DNA of 54,080 nucleotides. Source: an uncultured Gammaproteobacteria bacterium (GTDB lineage: Bacteria; Patescibacteriota; Microgenomatia; Levybacterales; UBA12049). Position 1 is the first letter of the stretch; the number at the start of each line of letters is the position of its first letter. Below, one piece after another: positions 26,842 to 35,102 of the stretch. The notes beneath the pieces were generated by a model, which was not told where the DNA came from, made no database searches, and was given only the letters and a program-made list of their open reading frames with translations. The stretch covers positions 1-54,080 of the forward strand of contig CAZSWA010000009.1 of the NCBI GenBank assembly GCA_964610465.1, read 5' to 3'. The translations under genes and the position numbers were made by a program.

Positions 26842-28488
26842 ATGACGAATAAAACTGATAACCTTGAGTATTTTATTTATGCACGTAAAAGTACGGAGTC
26901 AGAGGATAGACAGGTTCTCTCCATTGATTCACAAAAAAGCGAATTGCAAGAAATTGTCAAAAGAAACAGTTTAACAATTGCCGATGTTAAGCAGGAATCA
27001 CACTCAGCAAAAGCTCCTGGAAGACCAGTTTTTAATGAATTACTTGATGAAATAGAGCATGGGAAAGCACAGGGCATAATCGTCTGGAATGTTGATCGTC
27101 TTTCCCGAAATTCGGTTGACACAGGTAGACTTATTTATCTTTTTGATATAGGAAAGCTCCATGAAGTTATTACACCAAGCCAAGTATTTCGAAACACTCC
27201 TAATGATAAATTCTTATTATCACTACTTTGCTCAACTGCAAAGCTGGACAATGACAATAAAGGCATTAATGTAAAACGAGGATTGAAAGCCAAAGCTGAA
27301 CTTGGTATTTATCCAGCTCCTGCGCCAACTGGCTACGTAAATAACAAATTTGCTGAAAGAGGAAATAAAACGGTGGAAATTGATCCAGACCGTTTTGATC
27401 TGGTGAAAAAAATGTTTGAGATGGTTCTCTCACAAAAATACTCTGTTCTTCAAGTTTTGAAAATAGCCAATGATGAATGGAAATTTAAGACAAAGGAAGG
27501 AAAGAAACTCGGAAGAAGCACATGGTATCGAATGCTTACAAATCCTGTATATGCAGAAACCTTTGAGTATCCGTTAGGGAGTGGCAACTGGCATAAAGCA
27601 ATTCACAAACCAATGATTACCGACGAACAGTTTAACTTTCTCCAAGTCATTCTGGGCAAAAAAGGTAAACCCAAGCCCAAAACGCACCTTTTTGCATTTA
27701 CTGGACTTATGCGATGCGGTGAATGCCAAGCTATGATTACCTGCGAGGAAAAAATTAAAAGGCAAAAGAATGGAAATGTTCATCACTATATTTACTATCA
27801 CTGCACAAAGCGAATAAATCCCAATTGCACACAGGGGTCAATTGAGGAGGAGGATCTCAAGACAGAAATTAAAAATAAATTAGGCAAAATAAAAATTCCA
27901 CCAGAGCTTCATGATTGGGGTTTGCGTCAAGTAAAGAGAGTTAATAAAAATGAGACGGAATTTACTACAAAGATCCTTACTAACCAGCAAAAAGCTTATA
28001 ATGACGTTTTGGCACAGATAAGTGAATTAATAGACATGCGCTCTTCAAAAGAGATCACTCGTGAACAGTTGATGGAAAAGAAGCCGCCACTTGAAAAGGA
28101 ACGAGATCGACTAAAAGAACTCCTTGATGGAGTGGATGACAGAGTGAAGAAATGGCACAGGAAAGCTGATGAAATATTTGACTTTGCAAGAGACGCTGCG
28201 GAAGAGTTCAATAACGGTGGCTTGGAAAAGAAACGGGAGATCCTTTCAAAACTTGGTTCGAACCTCATTCTAAAGGATAAAAAGCTCTATGTTGACCTCG
28301 AAGAAACGCTTGTCCCTATGATTGAAGCTGCAAAGGAAGCAAAAGCAATTGAAGAACGGTTAGAAACTGTCGAAGGGGTTGATAGGACAAGCCAATTGGA
28401 AGTCGCTTACGCTGAAAGTCCAGTAATGCTGGGAAGCCTGGATTCGAACCAGAATAAACAGATCCAAAGTCTGTTGTCCTACCATTAG
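26842..28488 (+). CDS. Large serine recombinase/integrase (LSR2)
   Basis: YARKSTE, SAKAPGRPVF, DRLSRN, APTGY, CGEC..YYHC..C. The C-terminus LGSLDSNQNKQIQSLLSYH is the antisense of tRNA-Gln. Confidence 0.96.
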   Translation: MTNKTDNLEYFIYARKSTESEDRQVLSIDSQKSELQEIVKRNSLTIADVKQESHSAKAPGRPVFNELLDEIEHGKAQGIIVWNVDRLSRNSVDTGRLIYLFDIGKLHEVITPSQVFRNTPNDKFLLSLLCSTAKLDNDNKGINVKRGLKAKAELGIYPAPAPTGYVNNKFAERGNKTVEIDPDRFDLVKKMFEMVLSQKYSVLQVLKIANDEWKFKTKEGKKLGRSTWYRMLTNPVYAETFEYPLGSGNWHKAIHKPMITDEQFNFLQVILGKKGKPKPKTHLFAFTGLMRCGECQAMITCEEKIKRQKNGNVHHYIYYHCTKRINPNCTQGSIEEEDLKTEIKNKLGKIKIPPELHDWGLRQVKRVNKNETEFTTKILTNQQKAYNDVLAQISELIDMRSSKEITREQLMEKKPPLEKERDRLKELLDGVDDRVKKWHRKADEIFDFARDAAEEFNNGGLEKKREILSKLGSNLILKDKKLYVDLEETLVPMIEAAKEAKAIEERLETVEGVDRTSQLEVAYAESPVMLGSLDSNQNKQIQSLLSYH

Positions 28489-28499
28489 ACGACTTCCCA
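28429..28499 (-). tRNA. tRNA-Gln (TTG)
   Basis: TGGGAAG/CTTCCCA acceptor stem; ACAGA-CT-TTG-GA-TCTGT anticodon arm; GGTTCGAATCC T-arm; CCA not encoded. Confidence 0.96.
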
Positions 28500-28810
28500 A
28501 TGTCTTTCTTTCTTAACTGTCAAAATTTTGTTTTTAAACTTTTTCTCTTTCAGAGTCTGTTGTGTCCACCTGTTCGGCATCCTGACTTTCAGTCACCATA
28601 TATAGATGAATCCCCAATGATTAACAAAGATAACTGGAGTCGTGCTGTTAAGTATGACTCCCAATATAAACTGCAGGTTCAATGATATCAAATTGAGCTT
28701 GTTCAAGCAAGAAAAAGAATATGTAAGTTGGAATAGGCATTTGTATACTTATCATATATAGGAGATATGAAACCATCTTGAAAAAATAATATCCTGTATA
28801 TTATAATATT

Positions 28811-28826
28811 AACCAAACGTTCGGTT
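28811..28826. promoter_or_regulatory. Palindromic operator upstream of the TetR gene
   Basis: AACCAAACGTTCGGTT lies between TATAAT (28802-07) and the ATG. Confidence 0.65.
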
Positions 28827-28831
28827 TATAT

Positions 28832-29671
28832 ATGAACAAGGGCTCAAAAGCGGTTTTAGCAAATAAAGCGCGTATCTTACAAGAAGCAGAAAACCTTTTT
28901 GCGCAAAAAGGATATAGTGATGTTTCAATTCGTGATATTTCAAAGGCAACAAAACTTTCACACGGAGCTATTTATCATCATTTCCAAAGTAAAGAAGACC
29001 TCTTTTGTGAACTTATTGAACAGAAATCTGAAGAGTTATCTCCAATCATTCGTAAATCTGTTGCAGGAAAAGATACAGTACGGGAACGTCTTATCACTAT
29101 GATTGCAGCATATTGTGCCTGGTAACCTCAAAAACGACAAATGTTAGAACAAGGATTTGAGGAAATTCAAAAAATAACTGACAGTAGACATACAGAAAAG
29201 ATAAAAAGACTAAGTGAAAAAAATGAGAAGATATATACAGCTCTCTTCGAAGAGGGGGTTCGTAATGGTGAAGTAGTAGACTATAACACAGAGCTTCTGT
29301 CTATGATTTTACAAGGTATATATAAAAGCGTAAGCGCAAGCTATATAGCAAACCAGATGGAAGCAGTTGATCTTGCAAAATTTATTGTAGATATATTTTT
29401 TGAAGGAGTAAAAAATAAAGAAAAAATTCATACTAAGTCACATGAAAATAAAACATATACAGACGCTTTCTATCAAAAGTTACTCAACAAATATATTTCA
29501 GTTGAAACACAAAACAAAGAAATATTCAAAGGAATACTTACTTCTATTGACAAACAACAACTGCAAATCGCTATTGTAAAAACTGACGGTAAAAAAGTAG
29601 ATTTAAAAAATATTTCTTTTGTTGCTTATATCGCAAAATCAGAAGTGAAGCAGATTGATGAAACAAAATAA
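28832..29671 (+). pseudogene. TetR/AcrR regulator with an extra C-terminal domain, interrupted by one in-frame TAA (29123-25)
   Basis: ILQEAENLFAQKGY..SIRDI...GAIYHHFQSKEDLF. ORFs 28832-29125 and 29141-29671 are in the same frame. Confidence 0.8.
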
Positions 29672-29722
29672 ACATATTGCTACTTCTCTTGCTCCATTTT
29701 AATGCTATACTGAATTTACTCT

Positions 29723-30346
29723 ATGTTCGTGTCTTTGTTGCCTATATTAGATAACTTAAGCGATAGTATTGTTCCCTTTCTGACGCATCAGATTTATCTT
29801 GCACCTATTATATTTCTTATTATCGAGGAAGCAGGTTTTCCTTTTCCGATTTCTGACTTTGTAATCGCATATACAGGATATCAAGTACGCTTAGGGCACA
29901 TCTCATACTTTGTCGCATATTTCATACTTATAATTGCGGACTTGGCTGGAGCATCCATTCTGTATTTTTTGTGCAGCAGGTATGGCGCTTCAGTTATTGC
30001 CCATTTTGGCAAATATATTGATTTGGATACCAATAAATTAAAGGTAGTCGAAAAATATTTCAGGAAATATGGACCTCTGGTTATTATTTTTGGCCGGCAT
30101 ATTCCGGGATTTCGAATACCTATTACTGTTTTTTCAGGCATCTCTGAAATAAAATATGGGACTTTTCTTATCAGTACACTTTTATCAATAATGCTTTGGA
30201 TTCCATTTTATCTTGCAGTAGGGGAAAGACTTGGACCTAGAACAGTTAAGCTTTTTCATGCTAGTCATTGGTCCTATCTTCTTATTTTGCTGCCGTTTCT
30301 TCTATCCATTGTACCGTTTCTCTTTTTGAGAAAGAAAAAAAAATAA
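29723..30346 (+). CDS. DedA family membrane protein
   Basis: EEAGFPFP, F.KYG..VIIFGRHIPGFR. Confidence 0.93.
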   Translation: MFVSLLPILDNLSDSIVPFLTHQIYLAPIIFLIIEEAGFPFPISDFVIAYTGYQVRLGHISYFVAYFILIIADLAGASILYFLCSRYGASVIAHFGKYIDLDTNKLKVVEKYFRKYGPLVIIFGRHIPGFRIPITVFSGISEIKYGTFLISTLLSIMLWIPFYLAVGERLGPRTVKLFHASHWSYLLILLPFLLSIVPFLFLRKKKK

Positions 30347-30940
30347 TTACTTCTGTTGACTATAGAGACCGATGAATTCTGTCTGATCGACTATATGGCT
30401 ATTCATTGCATCTTCAACCGCTTTTTTATCAACGGCCTGAGTTTCGTCAAAATGTAAAATTGTATCAAGTGCATAGAGTTTGAAAAAATATCTATGTGTC
30501 CCGCTTGGAGGGCAAGGACCACCATAGCCTGGTTTGGCAAAACTTGTTACCGCTTGTATTCCATCCTGTGGAATGCTATTTTCTGCAACATCTTTTGCTT
30601 TGGGATTTATATTGTAAACTACCCAATGTACCCAGGTACCCATCGGAGCATCAGGATCATCAACTATCAAGACTAAACTTTTTGCATTGTGTGGAACATC
30701 CTCAAATATAAGGGGAGGATTAACATTGTTACCATTGCAAGTATATTTTGATGGGATTTTTGTATTATTTACAAATGCTGGACTTGTAATTTTCATACCT
30801 TTACTCTTATTTATTGTAACAGAATTATTTTGTGTAGAAGTGCTATTTCTAAAACTATCAAAAACTCCAGATTTTGCAGTGATATATATTACAACGAGAA
30901 AGATTAATATAATAATTGTAATATACGAATTTTTTTTCAT
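30347..30940 (-). CDS. YbhB/YbcL (PEBP/RKIP-like) protein with an N-terminal anchor
   Basis: DDPDAP.GTWVHWV, GYGGPCPPSGTHRYFFKLYALD; start taken at MKKN. Confidence 0.93.
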   Translation of the reverse strand: MKKNSYITIIILIFLVVIYITAKSGVFDSFRNSTSTQNNSVTINKSKGMKITSPAFVNNTKIPSKYTCNGNNVNPPLIFEDVPHNAKSLVLIVDDPDAPMGTWVHWVVYNINPKAKDVAENSIPQDGIQAVTSFAKPGYGGPCPPSGTHRYFFKLYALDTILHFDETQAVDKKAVEDAMNSHIVDQTEFIGLYSQQK

Positions 30941-30996
30941 TATCAATTTGAAAATACAACAATAATCAAAAAAACTCAATAAGTTAAAAATAAGGA

Positions 30997-31476
30997 TTAG
31001 GAAGTCTTACTTCGAAGTCTTTTTATGTCTTGTGTTATTGCTTTTGAAAGTTGAGGAATATGTTCTTTATCTTTAGCGTTATCCTCATCTTCTTGTGGAA
31101 AAAATAATTCTTGTAGTGGCATCTCAGCTAAAGACGAGACTTGTTTTTGTCTCATATCTTGAACAAAAAAGTCATTATGATTTTTTGTAGAAATATATTT
31201 ACCTTCAACATATTCATTGAAATTAGTTATTGTTCTGATAAAAACCAGTTCAGGATCATTTTTCTCTTTCGCAATTTCTTTTTGCAGGTTACCATACTCA
31301 GCATCAAATCCCATTGAATATCCTTTACTCATAAGATCATCTACAAAGCTCTCTCCTTGCTCTCCATGTATCATCTGTTTTCCTCTGGAAATTTCAGCGG
31401 GAGGAGACAGGAGTATTGCTTTTCCTGTTTCACTTACTCTATAAACTATTGATTCAGCTTGTGAATTTTTACGCAA
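30997..31476 (-). CDS. Hypothetical protein
   Basis: 159-aa ORF with plausible composition; no recognised motif. Confidence 0.55.
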   Translation of the reverse strand: MRKNSQAESIVYRVSETGKAILLSPPAEISRGKQMIHGEQGESFVDDLMSKGYSMGFDAEYGNLQKEIAKEKNDPELVFIRTITNFNEYVEGKYISTKNHNDFFVQDMRQKQVSSLAEMPLQELFFPQEDEDNAKDKEHIPQLSKAITQDIKRLRSKTS

Positions 31477-31629
31477 AATGCCATATTCAACCTATCTTCT
31501 GTCACCTGATGATTTTTCAATATATTCCTTCATATTTAACTTTCAATTTTATACTCAAGCTCTACAGTTGTCAATTACAAATTGTAATCTATTTGATGGT
31601 AATTTAACTAATTCTATGATAGGCTTTTT

Positions 31630-31929
31630 GTGACTATGGCTAAAGGAGAAAAAGAATCATTTGACTTTACACAATGTAAGTATTGTGAAGAATGTAAGCT
31701 ATCTAAAGCTGCAGATAAATTGAGAAAAGGTAGAATAAAAAGTGGAGTACGCTTTGAGAATTATATCAAGGCACTTAAAAATGAAGCTGGTCCAAATTCA
31801 ATAGGAGAGATTATAGAAGAAAAAGACGAAATTACCGTTTTATGTAGTGGAAATGAGCGAAAAATTCCACCTTTTAATAGTCAATTCCTTACTCCTGAAG
31901 GGCAAATTATATTCTACAAAAAAAAGTAG
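31630..31929 (+). CDS. Hypothetical protein
   Basis: 99-aa ORF with CKYCEEC. Confidence 0.5.
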   Translation: MTMAKGEKESFDFTQCKYCEECKLSKAADKLRKGRIKSGVRFENYIKALKNEAGPNSIGEIIEEKDEITVLCSGNERKIPPFNSQFLTPEGQIIFYKKK

Positions 31930-31932
31930 CTA

Positions 31933-32499
31933 TCAAGTATTTTTTCTAAATGCTTTACCAGGATACCAAGGAGTACCAAGCATGGGAAGTAAATATCTAT
32001 CAAGTCCTACCCATCCGGCAACTCTCCATGCAAGTATCAAAAAGAGTTCAATCAAAAACATGAAGGGATTAATACTGACAGTACCGGCAAAAAGATAATT
32101 GATATTCATAAACGCTCCAAAAAATGCCGCAATGCCGGTAAATAGTCCCAAAATAAGCGCAACTCCTACCAGAAATTCTCCAAATGCAACCATATAAGAA
32201 AATACCGCAGCATTGGGCAAAACAAAATTTTGCAACCAACCACCATACCAGCTTGACACGTCTGGATGTGGACTATTCATCTTATGCATTGCTCCCATCA
32301 AAAATCCTGTGAGAGCAACTCCCGCTTTGGGACCCACCCACATGGGATTTATTATCTTTTCATAGCCTGCAACAAGCCATTGCCAGCCAATATATACACG
32401 GAAAATAAGCCATAACCAGCCGAGTCTCGTATCACCAAATAAAAATTGAGAGAGAGGTGGTTCAAGAATTTGTAACATGCTTTGTGATGCTTTTGCCAT
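31933..32499 (-). CDS. DoxX family membrane protein
   Basis: R.YIGWQWL.AG.EK, VAFGE.LVG.ALILG.FT, N.NYL.AG.VS.NP, AGW.GLD. Confidence 0.9.
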   Translation of the reverse strand: MAKASQSMLQILEPPLSQFLFGDTRLGWLWLIFRVYIGWQWLVAGYEKIINPMWVGPKAGVALTGFLMGAMHKMNSPHPDVSSWYGGWLQNFVLPNAAVFSYMVAFGEFLVGVALILGLFTGIAAFFGAFMNINYLFAGTVSINPFMFLIELFLILAWRVAGWVGLDRYLLPMLGTPWYPGKAFRKNT

Positions 32500-32678
32500 A
32501 TCTCATTTATAATAAATTTATTATGGATGAGCTGTCAATACCTTGTCTATGATCTCTGTCACAGATGTATGAGAAGACTGGTAGTATACTAGAGTTCATT
32601 TCAACACTTCTTCTATCATCTCCCATTCTTTCATCTTAATTTAATAACTATTAAAAATAATTATGTTATGCTTATTAT

Positions 32679-33722
32679 ATGGATGAAATGAATATACTAC
32701 TGGAACCGAATCAAAAAACAGTTCTTTCTTTGCAGAAAGCGGCAGTTATTGGCAGTTTTATTGTCATTGCGATAGGAATATTGTGTCTTTTAGGATGGCA
32801 ATTCCATATTGTATTTTTGACAAGTTTTTTTCCTGGGATTATTGGCATGTATCCTCTTTCAGCAATCGGTTTTATCTGTTCAGGCAGTGCGTTACTCCTG
32901 CAGCTTAAAAATCAAAAAGAAAGTATAAAATCATGGGGCTCTTTAGGAAGTCTTATCCTAAGTATCATCGTAATTCTTATCGGAGTGTTTACTAGTATTA
33001 CATTTGTAAGCGGGAATTCTTTTGGAACGGATGCACTTTTTTTTGCGAACAAGTTCATTGGAAATAGAATTTCTCCTAATACTGGTATAAGTTTTTTGTG
33101 TATTGGAATCGCGTTAGTTTTTCTTCAATTTCATTATAAAAAATACTTTACACGTACTGCACAAATATTCATTTTAACAGCTGCAATAATAAGTATGCTT
33201 GCAGTAGTAGGGTATGCATATCAGGAGTTTTTCTTTTACCAATTCATATCCTTTAGTCCTATGCCTTTAAGTTCAGCCCTTACCTTTGCGATTTTTTGCC
33301 TTGCACTTCTTGCTACTCGCTCAAATGGCGGTTTTACTCAAATTTTGACCCGCAATACTCCAAGTAGTGTCCTGGCACTTCGTCTTATCATGATTTCACT
33401 TATCCTGCCTGCAATATTAGGATGCATTGGCTTACTTATAGAACAGTTACACTATATTAATACACAAACAGTAAATGCGTTACTGGTTATCGCAAATAGC
33501 GTTGTATTTTCTATAATAGTCTGGATAAATACGAGAAGCTTACAAAAACTGGAGCTTGAAAATCTCATTATTAAAAATCAACTGGAACAAAAGAATATTA
33601 AATTAGAAGGAGATGCCAAAGCACTGGCGGCAAAAGTTATCAGTATGGAAGAAGATAATGAAAAAAGGGAACAATATGAAAGTCTTATCCTTAAAACGAC
33701 CCCTCTCCAGCCGCTGAAATAA
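32679..33722 (+). CDS. Polytopic membrane protein resembling the sensor module of histidine kinases, with no output domain
   Basis: About 7-8 TM; LLGW, M.P.SA..F, R.SPNT, M...SA..F motifs; ends in a coiled coil. Confidence 0.7.
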   Translation: MDEMNILLEPNQKTVLSLQKAAVIGSFIVIAIGILCLLGWQFHIVFLTSFFPGIIGMYPLSAIGFICSGSALLLQLKNQKESIKSWGSLGSLILSIIVILIGVFTSITFVSGNSFGTDALFFANKFIGNRISPNTGISFLCIGIALVFLQFHYKKYFTRTAQIFILTAAIISMLAVVGYAYQEFFFYQFISFSPMPLSSALTFAIFCLALLATRSNGGFTQILTRNTPSSVLALRLIMISLILPAILGCIGLLIEQLHYINTQTVNALLVIANSVVFSIIVWINTRSLQKLELENLIIKNQLEQKNIKLEGDAKALAAKVISMEEDNEKREQYESLILKTTPLQPLK

Positions 33723-33793
33723 ATAATTCTCACATCTCATTATAAGATTGCTAAAAAGTTGACAACTCTATACTCATCAATTACCATTACCTT

Positions 33794-33873
33794 GTGAATG
33801 AGGTAAAAGTTTTTATTTCATATTCAAGTAAGATAAGGATTTTGCAGGTGAAATTAAGCGACCGGAAGTATGA
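33794..33873 (+). pseudogene. TIR-domain N-terminal remnant
   Basis: VNEVKVFISYSS then, after a 1-nt frameshift, DKDFAGEIKR. Preceded by TTGACA-17-TACCAT. Confidence 0.6.
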
Positions 33874-33915
33874 TAGTCAAGATAGGGGATAATTTACACG
33901 ATTTTAATGGTTGTG

Positions 33916-34034
33916 AACGGTGGAAGAACGGTGAACGGTTCGAAACGGTAAAAAGCTCGTCAAACCAAGCTAATAACGGTGGCTAAAAAGATTTATTTAT
34001 TGACCGTTAGGGTTGAAAAGGTGCCGTTAACGGT
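33916..34034. repeat. Cluster of AACGGT hexamers next to the tRNA-Gly 3' end
   Basis: AACGGT at 33916, 33927, 33934, 33944, 33975 and 34029; inverted copy at 34003. Confidence 0.75.
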
Positions 34035-34063
34035 AAATGATCCATTTCAACAAAAACTTTTTG

Positions 34064-34136
34064 AGCGGGCGATGGGAATCGGACCCACTGCCTTCTCCTT
34101 GGCAAGGAGACGTTCTAGCCGGTGAACTACGCCCGC
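34064..34136 (-). tRNA. tRNA-Gly (GCC)
   Basis: GCGGGCG/CGCCCGC acceptor stem; TCTCC-TT-GCC-AA-GGAGA; T-loop TCCGATT. Confidence 0.93.
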
Positions 34137-34227
34137 GCATATGCAGTATACCAAAAATACTTCATAGCCTCAAGTAATTAATATACGTATGATTGGCAAA
34201 TAAGTATATTATGGGATAATTTATCCT

Positions 34228-35077
34228 ATGGAACGAGTGCAACCAACATCAAAAGAATGTAGAGGTATTACCTTTTATACTGGGCCTGTCTATCATGGAA
34301 CAAGATTAAAACAAGGTATGGATTCACATACTATAGATATTAGTATGGATTACAGAAATTATTCATTAGGAAAATCTTCAAATCCAGAAGTTTCTACACT
34401 TTTAGGTGATAACAGTTTTACTCTTGGTCCCGCTTTATATACAACAACTGATATTGATTAAGCAAAAAAATATGCAGTATTCCGTTCATTTAGAAATGAT
34501 GTCCCATAGTACAGACACTGAATTTACAAAATGCAAAATTATTTGATTGTAGAACTATTGATGGTCAACAAAATGCACGAATACCTTTGTCAGTTGCTGA
34601 AGGTTGGAGAAATTATTTTGAAGCAAATAGAGATTTAATTGAGGCTTGGCTCCATGAAAAAGGTAGAGAAAATATGTATGAGTGGTATGAAAAACATCAG
34701 ATAATTTCTTATTCCCGTTTTCTTACGACCTATATTGAACGTTTAAAAAGTGGCGAAATTCGCGAACCAGTTCAGAGAGATATCAGTATCCCAGCAGTAG
34801 GAAAAGACTGTGATGACGAATATACCTACTCAAAAAGAAGAAACTTGGATATACGGGATATGCTAAGAACATATGCTGGTGACCCAAAATGGACAGCACC
34901 TACGGAGGACTATGGGCAAGATTTGTAGTTGACCAATTGCAATGTAATGGCGTTATCGCAATAGAAGGAGGAGACGCTACATATTTTAAGTATGTTCCCA
35001 CTATTGCTCTCTATAAACTTTCTCCATCCTTTATTTCAGATAAAAAATCAGGAGAACTAACAAAAGATTCTCAGTAA
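34228..35077 (+). pseudogene. Fragmented ADP-ribosyltransferase-fold gene
   Basis: VYHGT, LGPALYTTTDID*AKKYA across a stop, later LQCNGVIAIEGGD; several stops and frameshifts. Confidence 0.6.
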
Positions 35078-35102
35078 CTTAACAAAATGCTACAATTGGT
35101 AA

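Larger units (their letters stand above)
10750..28429 (+). mobile_element. Integrative element 2 at the 3' end of tRNA-Gln (left boundary uncertain: about 10750 or about 15920)
   Basis: LSR2 reads into the tRNA. The region carries Prim-Pol/AAA, TerS-like and XRE genes, and a degenerate copy of the tRNA 3' end lies at 10750-10772. Confidence 0.75.

Noticed and set aside
28500-28740. Possible tRNA-Gln(CTG) fragment or 6S RNA upstream of tRNA-Gln
   Set aside because: Only about 13 nt of similarity, with no cloverleaf or long closing stem; it could equally be a decayed small ORF.
241-34461. In-frame TAA codons (325-327, 29123-25, 34459-61) suggesting stop-codon reassignment
   Set aside because: Many intact genes in the window end in TAA, and the ART relic has other lesions. 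Nonsense mutation or sequencing error is simpler.
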